Made by a program: the position numbers and the translations under genes. 64,000 bases of DNA from Blasia pusilla (Eukaryota): NCBI GenBank assembly GCA_050084515.1, contig CM114271.1:7936001-8000000 (forward strand), in the 5' to 3' direction. The notes beneath the pieces are model-generated. The model was not told the DNA's origin and made no database searches. It worked only from the letters and a program-made list of their open reading frames with translations. Positions 14,143 to 26,092 of this stretch are shown here, in pieces (the first letter of the stretch is position 1; every line of letters begins with the position of its first letter).

Positions 14143-16433
14143 CAGATATCTGCAGCTTGATGAATTTTCGCGCTCAGACCAGATACTTTCTCCCTCCGCT
14201 CCGGCTCGGTCTGGCGCTCTTCTTGGGCTTTGTATCTTTGACCAGCAAAGGATGGTTATGGCTGCATCTTGGGAAATAAACTTATTTGCCCAAGTTTTCT
14301 TTCTTATCTGTGCACCCTTTGCAAGCATCTGATTCACCAGGGCGTCGCCCAAGAACCCCTTGTACTCTGCCGGGTGCGTCGTAAGCACCTTCTTCACCCG
14401 ATCGCAATCTTGGATCCAGTGGTGGGTGACATTCCCCTCCGATACAATCTTGCACATCCAAACTCAACCCGTCAGAAAATTTGTAAGTTACATGGGTTCC
14501 TGCAACCCGTCGGAGTCTGACGGGTCGTCACAGCTCAAGGTCGGATTCTAGCAACGAGCTAAATGATGCAACCCGTCGGAGTCCGACGGATTGCATTCAC
14601 ATTTGTGAATGCTTGGTTTCAACCCGTCGGACTCCAACGGGTTGTCAGATACTCCATATCAAACATGAACATAGCAACCTGTCGGAGTCCGACAGGTTGC
14701 GCAATTGAATGGAAACTTGCAATTTGATGCGAAATTTGCTAAACCAACTTCCGAATGCAACCCGTCGGACTCCGACGAGTTGCTTTCGGCCAAAAACATA
14801 AAAAAAACCTCCAAACAATTTCGAGTCAAGCAACCCGTCGGACTCCAACGGGTTGCTTTGGGCCAAAAACATACTAAACCTGTGGTCAGTCGAACAACTC
14901 GTCGGAGTCCGACGAGTTGCTTTCTTCAAAAAACATCCTGAAAAGGCGCGAGTCGAGCAACCCGTCGGACTCGGACGGGTTGCTTTGGGCCAAAAACTTA
15001 CTAAACTTGTGGTCAGTCGAACAACTCGTCAGAGTCCGACGAGTTGCATTCTTCAAAAATCATCTTGAAAAGGCGTCGAGTCGAGCAACTCGTCGGAGTC
15101 CGACGAGTTGCTTTCGGCAAAAAATAACCTAACACATTCATCAATGAAAATTGAAAATGCGTTTGGCCAAAAGCATCCCAACAACAGTGCCGACCCAAAC
15201 AACTTGTCGGAATCCGACGGTTTGCAGCAAGAAGATACTTACGTGTTCATGGCATGCATTGCCATCTCCACCGTCACCATGTGATGAGGGAATGGATGAA
15301 GGACCACTGCCTTCACGCAAAAATGTGCCTCCAAGGAGTTGGGCCGCTCCTCTGCAAACTTGGTCCACGCCATGAACCTGTGATTTCCATCCCAGATGAA
15401 GAAATACAAATTCCTCATCCAGCTGAATTCCGTGCCCTCTACTTGCCTTCTGAAATCCTGGTCTCTCATCCTCCAGAATGTGTCAAGCTTTTCCAAGTCC
15501 TCCTCCGTAACCAGGGCTTGGGTTCTATGCTCGTCGTAATGCTGAACATAGAAGGGAGGAAAGCTGTCGACATAGGATGCTGTCACCGCCGATTGTTTAA
15601 GCTTCGCGATGTCCTCGTCGGATTGAATTTCGCGGACGTATTCCATTGTCCGCAATCGGCAGAGTGGAATCCTTGGGGCGTTGTGGCCCTCCATGAGTGC
15701 CATCTGCTTTACCACCTGTCAGAACCGGGACAAGATCAATAAGCTACACTAAATTCCCAATGAATTGCAATTCACATAATTCAAAAAACCCAGATCCTAT
15801 CTTACCCGCTCGAAAATTGGGTCAGTTTCTTGACCACCCAACTTGTCTGAGACAGGAGCTGGCGAATCGACTGGGAACTCGTCGATCCGATAGAGGTCGA
15901 TGTCTTCTGCCGGGCTTGGAGACGAGAATGACCGCTCTCCGGCTTCTTCGGCAATGTCCACCATCTCCACGCTGGCGGTCTTCATGACCTCATCGTCCGT
16001 GATTTGAACTTCTCGCGTTTCCGCTATGTTGATTGTGTCCCTGGGCTTCATCGGGGACATTTCCCGCATCTCAACACTTTCGGTTGGACGGGCAGGGCTG
16101 TCATCAATGGCTATCACTTTTTCCCTCCTTGCTTTAGCCAATTATGCTCTCCTCATCAACGCGTTCAGACGCTTCTTTTCTCTCTTTTCGTCGGCGATCC
16201 TTTTCTTCAAGGCCTGCGACGTCTCAGCCTCTGCGTTCTGTCTATCAAGCGCCTCTTGAACACGTCTCGCAAGAAGCTCCTAGTTGTGCATCTCCGCTTC
16301 CCTTTCCCGTTCCTCGATTTCTTGCTGCCTAATTTCATTTGCCGAACGAGGCCGGAGATGCTGACGCAGGAGTCCTAATGGACTTCAGAGTGAAGCTCCG
16401 AGACTTAGTTGCTTGAACTTTTTTCCTCGTCAT
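14143..16433 (-). pseudogene. MULE accessory gene copy 1, 5' part: acidic/coiled N-terminus and ParB/Sulfiredoxin-like domain
   Basis: Likely ATG at 16433. GT-AG exons ~16433-15806 and 15715-15243 (IPLCRLRTMEYVREI...FFIWDGNHRFMAW), plus an exon remnant ~14464-14143. Collinear with copy 2 at 31134-27850. Confidence 0.7.
14465..15226. repeat. Palindrome cluster in an accessory-gene intron, including a ~128 bp tandem duplication
   Basis: About a dozen palindromes; the unit ..ctttgggccaaaaac..tggtcagtcgaacaactcgtc.. repeats at ~14820 and ~14950. Confidence 0.95.
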
Positions 16434-16787
16434 TTTTCCCGGAATCGCTTGATCAAATCGCCTTGCTTATGTCGAGATGAGTTGCCTTGATGGGAAGTTT
16501 GAATCGTCTCGCGATCGTTCAGTCAAACCGTCTCGCTCTCGTTCGGTCAAACCGTCTTGCTCTCGTTCCCTCGTATCGACTCGCGATGACTCGCCGTGTG
16601 AAACGCCCCTTGGTATCTGATCAGCTGCTGCGCGGGAGAGAGAGGAATGGAGATCGCAAAATGAGAAACCGGAAATGAGTGATTTCTGCCCTATTTATAC
16701 TTTTCTAGCCGTTGGGCTGACCGTTCGGTCCCGTCGTCCTTTTGACGATGACGTGTCGGCCGTTACAAAAGTCCGGACGTGAAAAAT

Positions 16788-17095
16788 GGCAACCCGTCGG
16801 AGTTCGACAGGTTGCGCGCCTCCGCCGTCTTCGGACAAGAATGGGACGTACCCGCGCAATCCGTCGGAGACCGTTGGGTTGCACGCTTCCCTCGTCAATG
16901 GTTAACAACGCGGGCTTCCCGCGCAACTCGTCGAAGTCCGACAGGTTGCACACTTCCTTCATGTAAGCGAAACAAGGCGAGGCCCTTGCGCAACCCGTTG
17001 GAGGGCGACGGTTTGCACGCCTCGCCGTCTTTGGGCAAGAAGGTGCAGCACCCGTGAAACTCGTCGGAAATAGACGGTTTGCACGCTTCCTTCAT
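16788..17095. repeat. Palindrome cluster upstream of accessory gene copy 1
   Basis: Palindromes spaced ~62-65 bp apart; homologous to 31500-31950. Confidence 0.9.
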
Positions 17096-17539
17096 GTACA
17101 ACATAAGTTATGGCCGCCTTGAGCGCCGGGTCAATGCCCTAACCAAACATATGGAGCGCGCGGAGGGCCAGGATGGGGCCAATCTGCCTTCGGCTCAAAT
17201 AGCGCCTCGGGCCAGCGAGAACGGCATAAATGTCCCTCACGCCGCCGGCCTGAGATGCGCGCCTAGGCGATCGGTCACCGGTGTAGGTCCTGCGTGAGAT
17301 AAAGTACAAGTCCACGGTGTACTGAGGCTTTTAACTTATCCGGGTTCTACAACAAGGTTTTTTCGTTTTTATTTTCCGTCAAAATGACGTTTTAGCCATT
17401 CATTTTTTCCTCGTTTTTTTTACATCCTTGTGCTTTTGGGTAAGCCCCCGTAAAGCTAAAGAAGCGTCTGAAGGACTACGACCCAAAGGGCACGAGACAC
17501 TTTGTGGGTCCGAGGGACACGGGGCAAAGAAGTGTGCGG

Positions 17540-19772
17540 ACCAGAGCTTGGGAGCTTTCCGGTGTTTCCGAATACTTGGGTGGGGTGATATCATCATCCA
17601 AATCAATCACAGGGTTGGCTCCTCAATGATAATGCTTGACTTGTCTGAAGTCAATGTACTTATGTGGTCTCCAAGAGTCTCGTCCAGACTGCTCTACCAC
17701 CATCTGTATTGGACGTCTTGAAACTCACCCACGAATGTCCCCACTAATGTGGACATCTTCTCAAGAAGAGCTCCGAAAACCCATTGATTGAATGCTTTGA
17801 CATACATTTTCTCATCCCTAGATCTCACTACGGCCCTAACATAGAGTTCATAAATGGATGGGCCTTTTCCCTTGGTTATACCTTTTGTAAGAAATATATG
17901 GGATGCTGCAGATTGTAACATTGCTCTCGCTTGGTCTTGTTGGCATGCCTTCACGAGGGAAATTTTTTGACAAGCTTGTGATGACCTCCAAGATGAATGG
18001 ACACTCTCGGTTCCACTTCTGTTTGGGCACAAGGATTTTTCGTGAATGTTCAATCCCTGCATAGGAAAAATTGCTTGATGAAGTAGAAGTTCGGAATGTA
18101 GAAGAGCAGAAAACTGAGTTTGGCAACTTGTTGGATTCAAACACATTGCACACTTGTGCAACTCGTCGGAATCTGATAGGTTGCATACTCGTCAGACTCG
18201 TCAAAATTCGACAAGTTGAACCATCATGCAATCTGTCGGATTTTGATGGGTTTCCGAACAACAATATTTCCAAGGTCTAAATACGACTGGCCAGTGTTTG
18301 GAAAAATGTCCCAATCCTACACTCTGCACCCTTCTGCAATGTATCGGACTTTGACGAGTTGCATGAGTGTGCAAGCCCTAAGATTCCGACCGGTTGCACT
18401 AGTCTGCAACGCGTCGGAATCAGACGGGTTGCCACTTGTGCTACTTTGAGGAGACAACAGTTAGCATCTCTTTGCGACTTGTCTGCTTCCGACTGGTTGC
18501 ATCATTGTGCAACCCCTTAAAATCTAACGTGTCTCCACTTGTGCTACTTTGAGGAGGCAACAATTATCATCTCTCTGCAACTTGTCTGGTTCCGACTGGT
18601 TGCATCAATGTGCAACTTGTCGGAATCCGACGTGTTGCCATAGGTGCAATCCATCGGAACCGATAGTTTAGAGTTTTCTCCAATCTGTCAAATTCGAACG
18701 GGTTGATGTTAGACTTTGAACCTATTAGATTCAAACGGATTGCCAAACACCAGTATTTACAACCTGCTGGATTCATACGACTTGCAACTAGACGGAATGA
18801 AACCATAGCAGATGTGAGCTAGAAAGGGCAAAATATTTAACTCACATGGCGTATAAAGTTTCCTCATTGCCTCAAATGAATCATCCACCAACTCAACGAG
18901 GAACACAATTCTTTATATTTCCCTTCAATTGCATGCTTCCGCCACTACACATGAAGTTCTTCTTTGCACTCCATGGCTTGCTTCAAGGTTCTGCTCTCCT
19001 TGCATTTTTGTAGGAGAACAACGTGCTCCGTTCTCTTATTCTTCTTGATGCAAGATTTTGTGTATCGTGTCACAGATTGTTGCCAATGGAATGCATCCGA
19101 CCTCTCCCTTTCTAGTTGAGCTTCACCTCCCCATAACACCTCCCGGAAAGTAATCTAACTCGGGCATTGTCCGCCATGAATCCATAAATTTCAAGGGGTG
19201 GCCTTTTGTTTACCTTGACCACCTCTAGTAGGATTAACCAACAAATCTTCAAGCTTCCAACATCTTCTGCTTTTACCTCACAAAAAAATATGGTTTTTAG
19301 GCCCTTCTCCACATGGTCATAGACGTGTGCACCCATGGTCAACCATCCATTCAAAACCCTGTAGCAAATATCAAAACTGACCCAGCTCCCAAATAGATCT
19401 TCTCCCTCCCTCATTCTGTCAATAAGATCAAGACCATTGAATGGCCTTGTAGAAGACATTTTGAATACATACGCCGTAGATCCCTCACCTCCTTGACCCA
19501 TGAATTTCCATCTCTAAATAAATGGAAACCTAGAGTTTGCTTTGATCCTGGCGATGGCATTCATCTCTGCGGTTTTTCCATCAAGTATTCATATTCGCCG
19601 TAGCCAATTCCTCATGCATTCAAGATATGCCAGAAAGGCAAGATTCTCCTAGAGTTGTCTCTCCTCAGCAACTATGATCTCCCTTTGGCCAGGTATTCTA
19701 AGTAGTTGATCGTAGATTTGTGATGACGTTGCCAGTTTGATCACTCTAGGCTTAGATCCCTGAACTTGGTCT
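17540..19772 (-). pseudogene. Mutator-like transposase copy 1 (same family), truncated
   Basis: YVFKMSS..WVSFDICYRVLNGW..FMADN, ERSDAFHW, SGTESVHSS and NPVIDLDDDITPPKY all match 33381-35200. Intron 18845-18057 is at the same position as in copy 2. Interrupted by a LINE at ~19775. Confidence 0.8.
18120..18795. repeat. Degenerate palindrome cluster in the transposase intron (copy 1)
   Basis: Multiple gcaac..tcgga.tccga..gttgc variants confined to intron 18057-18845. Confidence 0.85.
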
Positions 19773-19774
19773 AG

Positions 19775-21761
19775 CGGGCAAAAGTCATCCCACAAAGATG
19801 GCGGGTGGGAGTCATTGTGAACCTCTTCAAGAAGGGTGAGCGAGAAGACCCTGGAAACTATAGGGGTATTACATTGTTAAGTGTAGTCGAGAAGCTCCTC
19901 TACCGTATACTTAACAATAGGATCTCTGTGTACATGGAGGAGAATTATGTCATCAAGGAATGCCAAGCTGGCTTTCGGCAAGCCCAAGGAATCGTGGATC
20001 ACATCTTCACCTTCAGTAATATTATTTAGGGTAAGAAAAAAGAGGGGAAACCCACCTATTTCTTCTTCTTGGACCTTAAGAAGGCATACGACACTTTATG
20101 GCGTGATGGGCTATCTTATAGCTTGTGGAAGTCGGGGCTCATAGGGAAAATGTGGAGAGTGGTGGAGAAGATGTACCAAAACACAATGAGTAGAGTTATG
20201 GTGAATGGCCAAAAGAGTGGGACATTCGACATCAAGCAAGGAGTGGCTCAAGGATGCCCGCTCTCCCCCACCCTCTTCAACATTTTCGTGAATACCCTAT
20301 TGGAAGAAATGGAGGATAGTGGACTAGGCATACAGGTGCCCTCATGTTTGCTGATGACTTTGGTGGCCTTGAGGAAACAAGAGAGAAACTCCAAGAGATG
20401 ATCTCCGTGACCAAAATCTGGTGTGACATGTGGGGCATGGAGGCAAATGTACTGAAGTGCGGTGTGATGACTTTCAATGGCAAGGAGGAGGACCAAGACC
20501 AACAATGGTACTGAGGGGAACAAGAGATCCCCTTTGTGGCTAGATACACCTATATGGGCATAGAATTCTTGGAAGATTGCATTGTGGGTTGCACACATTA
20601 AGAAGACTACTGAGAAAGGCCACAAAGAAGGTGAACGGTTTGTCTACATTCCTACACTGCCGGGACATCACATCAGAAGTAGAGCGCTCTGTCATTTTGC
20701 ATACCATTCGTCCCTTGCTAGAATATGGGGCAGCAGAGTGGGATGCCAACACCAAACAAAGGGACAAGCTTGAAGCTGTGTAGCTGAAGGCGTTTCAGGG
20801 TATGATGTCAACTTCCTCACGAACAACCTGAGTTGATGTGAGATCAGAACTTTGTGTGGAACCCTTGGAGGATAGATGTGACATCGCCAGGTTGCAATGG
20901 CGGAGGCAGCTGCAGACAATGGACTCCCATTGCTATCCTAAAGAGGTGATGGGGAAAACTTGGACCTCAAGAAGACCCGTAAAGCAGAACAAATCTTGGA
21001 CGAAAAAGGTTCAAGAGATTGTGCAAGCATCCAAGCTCGCAGCAGGGCATGAACTATGGGAGCAAGATGAGAATTCATTTGTGGATACCATAACCAAAGC
21101 AGTGGGCAAACGCTCATAGAAAAATAGCATGAAGGAAGCCATGAAAATTTCTAACCTCTCTCTTTTGACGGTATATCTTGAGAAGGCAGAACTGAAGAAC
21201 TATATGCGGGAAACCCCTTGTTTGGGAACCGGCCTCAAGTTCAAGTTCAGAACGGGGGCAATCCCCTTGAACCATAAGAAAACTAGGATGGGAACACAAG
21301 TAAACTCTTGCCCCTTGTGTGATGATGGGGATGAAACCTCTAGTGATTACTTGGTCTCCTTCGCAAAATTCACAACACACAAAGCAAGATCATATGCTGA
21401 TATTGCTAAGCTCGTAACACCAGAATTATTCAACACATTCAGTAGTCTTGATTCATTGCCAAAAGTTGTTGCACCGGTAAGTAATGTCTATTGGGGATCC
21501 CAATCAGGTAAAGTAGATGGTGTGGTGAAGAGTTTCTTGGTTGACACTTGGAAGCTCCGCACAAACACGTTGTTTGGTCAGCACTCCCACTATATGAGAG
21601 TATCTTCCTCCTCTCATATGGTACCTTCTTCACTTGCTTCTCTCTCTACACCCATCCCAGTCTCGACCCTATCTGCCACAAGAAAGAATGGACTAACCGG
21701 GATTTCAAATCGCTTTCCATGCTTGACTTGTCTCCTTCTCCATAACTCCGAGTTTTCTTAG
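19775..21761 (+). mobile_element. 5'-truncated LINE ORF2 (RT + C-terminal Zn motif), RTE/RTEX-like, degenerate
   Basis: LFKKGEREDPGNYRGITLLS, QAGFR, DLKKAYD, GVAQGCPLSPTLF, FADD (frameshifted), CPLC. Confidence 0.9.
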
Positions 21762-22059
21762 AGATGGTCTGCCTCGCAACATTTTTCGATCAAATTCCAA
21801 CCCCATTTTTAGACTTTACCTACTTCATACCCTTCTCTCTACTCAGGGATAAGAAGCTCCCAGAAAAATCAGGCTCCACCTCCCTAGACGACCCTGCCTA
21901 ACCATAGAATGGGCAAAAGCCAGGGATGTTGAGACGATTCTCAAACTCTCACCTCCCTTTGACTCCATAGACGGGACTATGATTTCTCTGGAGAAAAGCA
22001 CACCTTATCTAATTTTTTTCCCCATTCCCACTGCCTGAGCACATAGACCAGTAGATCGA

Positions 22060-23295
22060 GTGAACACTGCACTCATGACTACCATAGAAAAACCAATGTT
22101 AGAAACCTCGCCGGAGGAGGTCCACGACACGACCAGTGTCAAGGATCTTTCCCACGAGCAGACGAAGAGCAGGGACAGTGCACGATCGGGGAGATCAAAT
22201 GGCTCATGCAGATTGATTGCACCAAACTCTCGCCACTATGTTAGGAAAAAAATGAGGCAGTGTGACAAGGAACGACTCCACGCAACTGTCACACATTCAA
22301 CAGAGGTTATACCATATCTAGAAGTGACATCCATCACCAAACGGTTCTTTGAACTAGAAGGAAAATGGGAAAGCTTTCAAGCTAACCAGGTGTTGGCATG
22401 GAATACAATGATGCAGGCAGCAAAAGAAGAGCAGGGCACATGGATGTCCAACAAGGAATCGAACCTCCTCAAATGGACGGCTCAGAAGACAACTCTGGAA
22501 TTAGAGCTAGTCTCTTTGAGGGTTGAAAACATACAATTGAAGAAGGACTTAGCTGCTTGCTTTAGAGAGGATAACACTCAGCTTGGGAAGGTTATGTAAG
22601 AGTATTGTTTAATTGGGAGCAGCCTTGCAAATCCTGTTAGAACCTGGACTGAAGTAGTGGGCAAGCACACGACCACAACACAAATCACTGAGGTTGCAAC
22701 ACAGGTAGCCAAAGAGGTAGCAAAAGAGGAAGCAGATAGGGTCCTAGAAATCCGAGATAGGAAAACCAGAGAACTCAATTTAGTTATCATGGGAGTGCAC
22801 TTTTCCAAGGAAGAAGATTGTAATTCAGTTTTGCAAGAGAAGGTCTTCACAACACTAGGGGTCACACCAGCAGTCGCCTTCATAGGGATCACACTTGGGA
22901 AAGGAACAGCGGACCGGCCAGCACCAATGTTGGTACAATTAGATCCCTCACAATGAGGAACAGCGATGGAAACGAGGCTGGACATCCTCCGTAGTAAAGC
23001 AGTCTTGAAAGGATCCACTATCCGTATCTTCCCTGATCTGACCACCAAGCAAAGAGCAACACTCCCTATTGAAAGGGAGAAGGTTCTCGTTGCCCGCAAC
23101 AATGGTCTTTGGAGTGAATTAAGGGAAGGAAAGGCCACGACACCAGTACCTAGAAGACACAACAATGCAACACCAATACTACAAACAGGAGGGGCAATGA
23201 GCAAAAACTCGGATTCCAACCAGGGAATTAGCAATTCCACAACTCAGAACCAAAACTTGGAGGTGACAAACCTCCATGACAAGACCTTCCTATAG
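22060..23295 (+). pseudogene. LINE ORF1-like (coiled coil + RRM/CTD)
   Basis: ELNLVIMGV..RPAPMLVQL..ILRSKAVLKGSTIRIFPDLTTKQR is a typical LINE ORF1 C-terminal pattern. In-frame stops. Confidence 0.65.
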
Positions 23296-24239
23296 GGAAT
23301 GGTGGATGGGAAGGATATTACCAACCCATCCATTGAGGCAGTTTTTCACAATTGTGGAGGACTATTCTCGTTGGGGCTGGTATTCTGGCAAGAGAGAGGA
23401 AGAGAGGAGAGTCTCTCTTAAAAAAAAGGGCAGAATCCGCCTCCTCTCTTCAAAACTTTTTGACATACTTGAAATTTTTGTTTGCTTTAAAATACAAGAA
23501 ATCTTTAGAAGAGAGTAGCAAGTGGACCACATTCGGGCCTAAAGTAACCTCCTTTTTCCAGGGGACGAAAAACAAGTAGACATCATAAGACCACTACAAA
23601 CATTCTTCCATCACTCTCCATGTGAGCCTAAGTTTCTTCACATTTCCTGTCTCACTCTACATTAAGTTGTGCCCAGGGGAATTTTTAACTACTCTAACTA
23701 TGGTCTCAATAGACTCTGGTGCCCTTCAAGGTTTAACTTCTCGGAATATGTGGTTGACATTATGGATTGACATCTCTTCTTGCAAAAGGCATAAAATACT
23801 CCTCAAAAAGGGACAAAAGAAAGGCAAAAGGAAATGCCTTTAAATGATTGTTGACTCTTCTTGCAGAAGGCATCAATACTCATCCATAAGGGGGTTTTCC
23901 ACAACAGAACAAATCGCTCGTCACTCATGGTAGCCTTAGACTTTAATTACATCATTTGATGATGTGGGCTCTTGAATGGGTGCACAAAGCATACCATGGA
24001 CTGCTGTGCATTTGAAAACTTGGTTTCACCATTCTCTCTGCCATTGAGAAATGTGAACACACGAGACGACAATTGAACCAAAAGATTGAGAGCTGTCTAG
24101 AGTAAAGAGGAACTGATAAAAAAGAAAACGTGATAAGACGAGACGACAATTGAAGTAAAAGATATTTAGCTGTTAGGAGTAAAGAGGAACAAACGCACCC
24201 ATGTCCCTTCATTCAGATCCTAAATTTGTGAATCCAAGA

Positions 24240-24660
24240 AGTTGCACCCCTCCCAACCTGTCGGAATTTGACAGGTTGCAACTCTTGCAACCCGTCGGAA
24301 TCGGATGGGTTGCACCCCTTCCAAGCAAGATCACCATAACAAAAGAAGGATTTTGAGAAGTGATTCCATTCCGCCTTGCACCCCATGAGAAATCCAACAG
24401 GTTGGGAGTCCCAAATGGCAATCCGACAGGTAGTAGGAATCCAACATGTCTTAGAGAAGAGAAGAAGCCTACGACTGATTTGACGATAATATGGGAACGA
24501 GCCAAAAGTGAAGAAGCTCGCCATAATGCCTCAAAAGCTAGACTAATAGGAAAAGAGTTCAATCACTCAAGCAACCAACCTATCGGAATCCGGCAGGTTG
24601 CGTGAAAGTGGTTAAAATATTGTGAGAAGTTGCAACCCGTCAGAATCTCATGGGTTGCAG
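24240..24660. repeat. Palindrome cluster
   Basis: e.g. caacctgtcggaatttgacaggttg and gcaacccgtcggaatcggatgggttgc. Confidence 0.85.
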
Positions 24661-25841
24661 AATAAAAAGTCTGAGTAGATAAACCAACACAATCGACAAG
24701 ACCAAAAAAGATATTCAGCAAGATTTTACAAACACCATCATGGATCAAAAAATTCTTGTCCTTTATTACATCCGAGGGAAGCTCGGAATTGTTCATTTGA
24801 TCTAGTCTATGATTTCTTCAGCCTCGTAATCTACAAATCTACTCCTAACTCTCCTAGGTTCCTGTACAAAAGGAATGTCTTGGGATACAAGTGGCTCCTC
24901 TAGCCGATTGTAGACGGGGATTGCAAATGTTGGGGAATTCGAGAGCCTTGACCCCCCCCCTACCCCCCCCTAGGTACACCATAACGGTCCCATGTAACCT
25001 TATTTGAGTCTCACCGCCTTCCTCGGCAGTAAATCTTGCATGCTCTGCAAGGTGACACCCATCCACTATCAATATGTGCTCTGTCCTTGGAAACCAATAA
25101 ATCCCTACTCCAAAACGCTTCAGTCAAGTTGGGTCCTTTAGTTCTTTGAACTCACTCGTCATCGTCCGAGAGCTCTTCCATAATTACTGTCGGCCTTGCC
25201 CTCCCGATTTTTGGAATAGTCGGAAGTGACGATGGTGTCATTACCAATAGTGGGTCTGGAACCGGAGCTCTCGGCTTTGGAGGAGATTTGTATGCTCCAA
25301 CTAGCCTGTCGTAATATGCCTTTGCCTCTTTGCAAAGGTCATAAAGTTCTTGCCTTCCCTCAAGGCAGAGAATGTTCCTGCCACTCTGCCAGGCGCCTCT
25401 GATACTCGCCCTTGATAGGCCCACTAAGTCGAACACCAAGTCACCCGGCCTTGAACAGAGCTCGATGAGTGTTTGCATCAAGGCATGGGACTTTTCCCTT
25501 CCTCCAAGTAAGGGGGTCCTGTCTTGCATGTAAATTCCCGGGGGGGGGGGGGGATTTGTATAAACTATTTAAGCTGTACCCATCGGAGCATGGATCGACT
25601 CGATCCAGGATTTGGAACACCTGGAAGTTATGCTCGGGCCTTACAAACTTACAAAATAGTAAACAAAGGAGTGGTCCATGTGTAAAGAAGCAGGTTGGAA
25701 ACAATGTCAGCAAAATGAAAGAGCTACTTGACAAGTGGTCTACTCTCAATATGGTGACACAATGTGCAACACGTCCATAGTGCATTCTAGTCCCTGTTGA
25801 TTGCCAACCCATGAGAACTTGGCCTAAAGTCCTAACAGTAG

Positions 25842-26092
25842 AGCAACCTGTCAGAGTCCAACGGGTTGTTTTACAAGTGTAATTTTTTTTTTCCATGAGC
25901 AACCCGTCGAAAGCCGACATGTTACTGGCTTAGAGCAATCCGTCACTTTCCGACGGCTTGCACTCACTCAATGGAGACTTGTGGTAAATTTGCAACCCGT
26001 CGCTTTCAGACGGATTGCAACACCGTAGCCACAAGCTCTTAGGATCCGATGGGTTGCATGCACAGATGCAACCTGTCGGAGCCCGATGGATG
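25842..26092. repeat. Palindrome cluster in an accessory-gene intron (copy 2)
   Basis: Same intron as 226-535; about six palindromes. Confidence 0.9.

Larger units (their letters stand above)
2360..14143 (+). mobile_element. ~11.8 kb P-element/THAP9-like TIR DNA transposon inserted in accessory gene copy 1
   Basis: Interrupts a sequence that is contiguous in copy 2 (..IQAVV|SAATKY). Bipartite imperfect TIRs: ctcggggg vs rc ctctggggg, and catcacgtacgac (2392-2404) vs rc catcacctacgac (14098-14110). Candidate CAGA duplication. Confidence 0.7.

Noticed and set aside
14645-15198. Short ORFs with NPSDSDGL/ATRRTPT peptides (also at 16695-17104, 29183-29900 and 31323-32379)
   Set aside because: Translation artefacts of the palindromic repeats.
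14465-15226. CRISPR array (palindromic repeats with spacers)
   Set aside because: Repeats are degenerate, spacers are variable in length and duplicated, clusters lie in spliceosomal introns, and no cas genes are visible.
23330-23460. MULE terminal repeat shared with 36400-36530 (caattgtgg, ctctcttaaaaaaaag)
   Set aside because: Matches are short, low-complexity and in direct orientation; insufficient to call termini.
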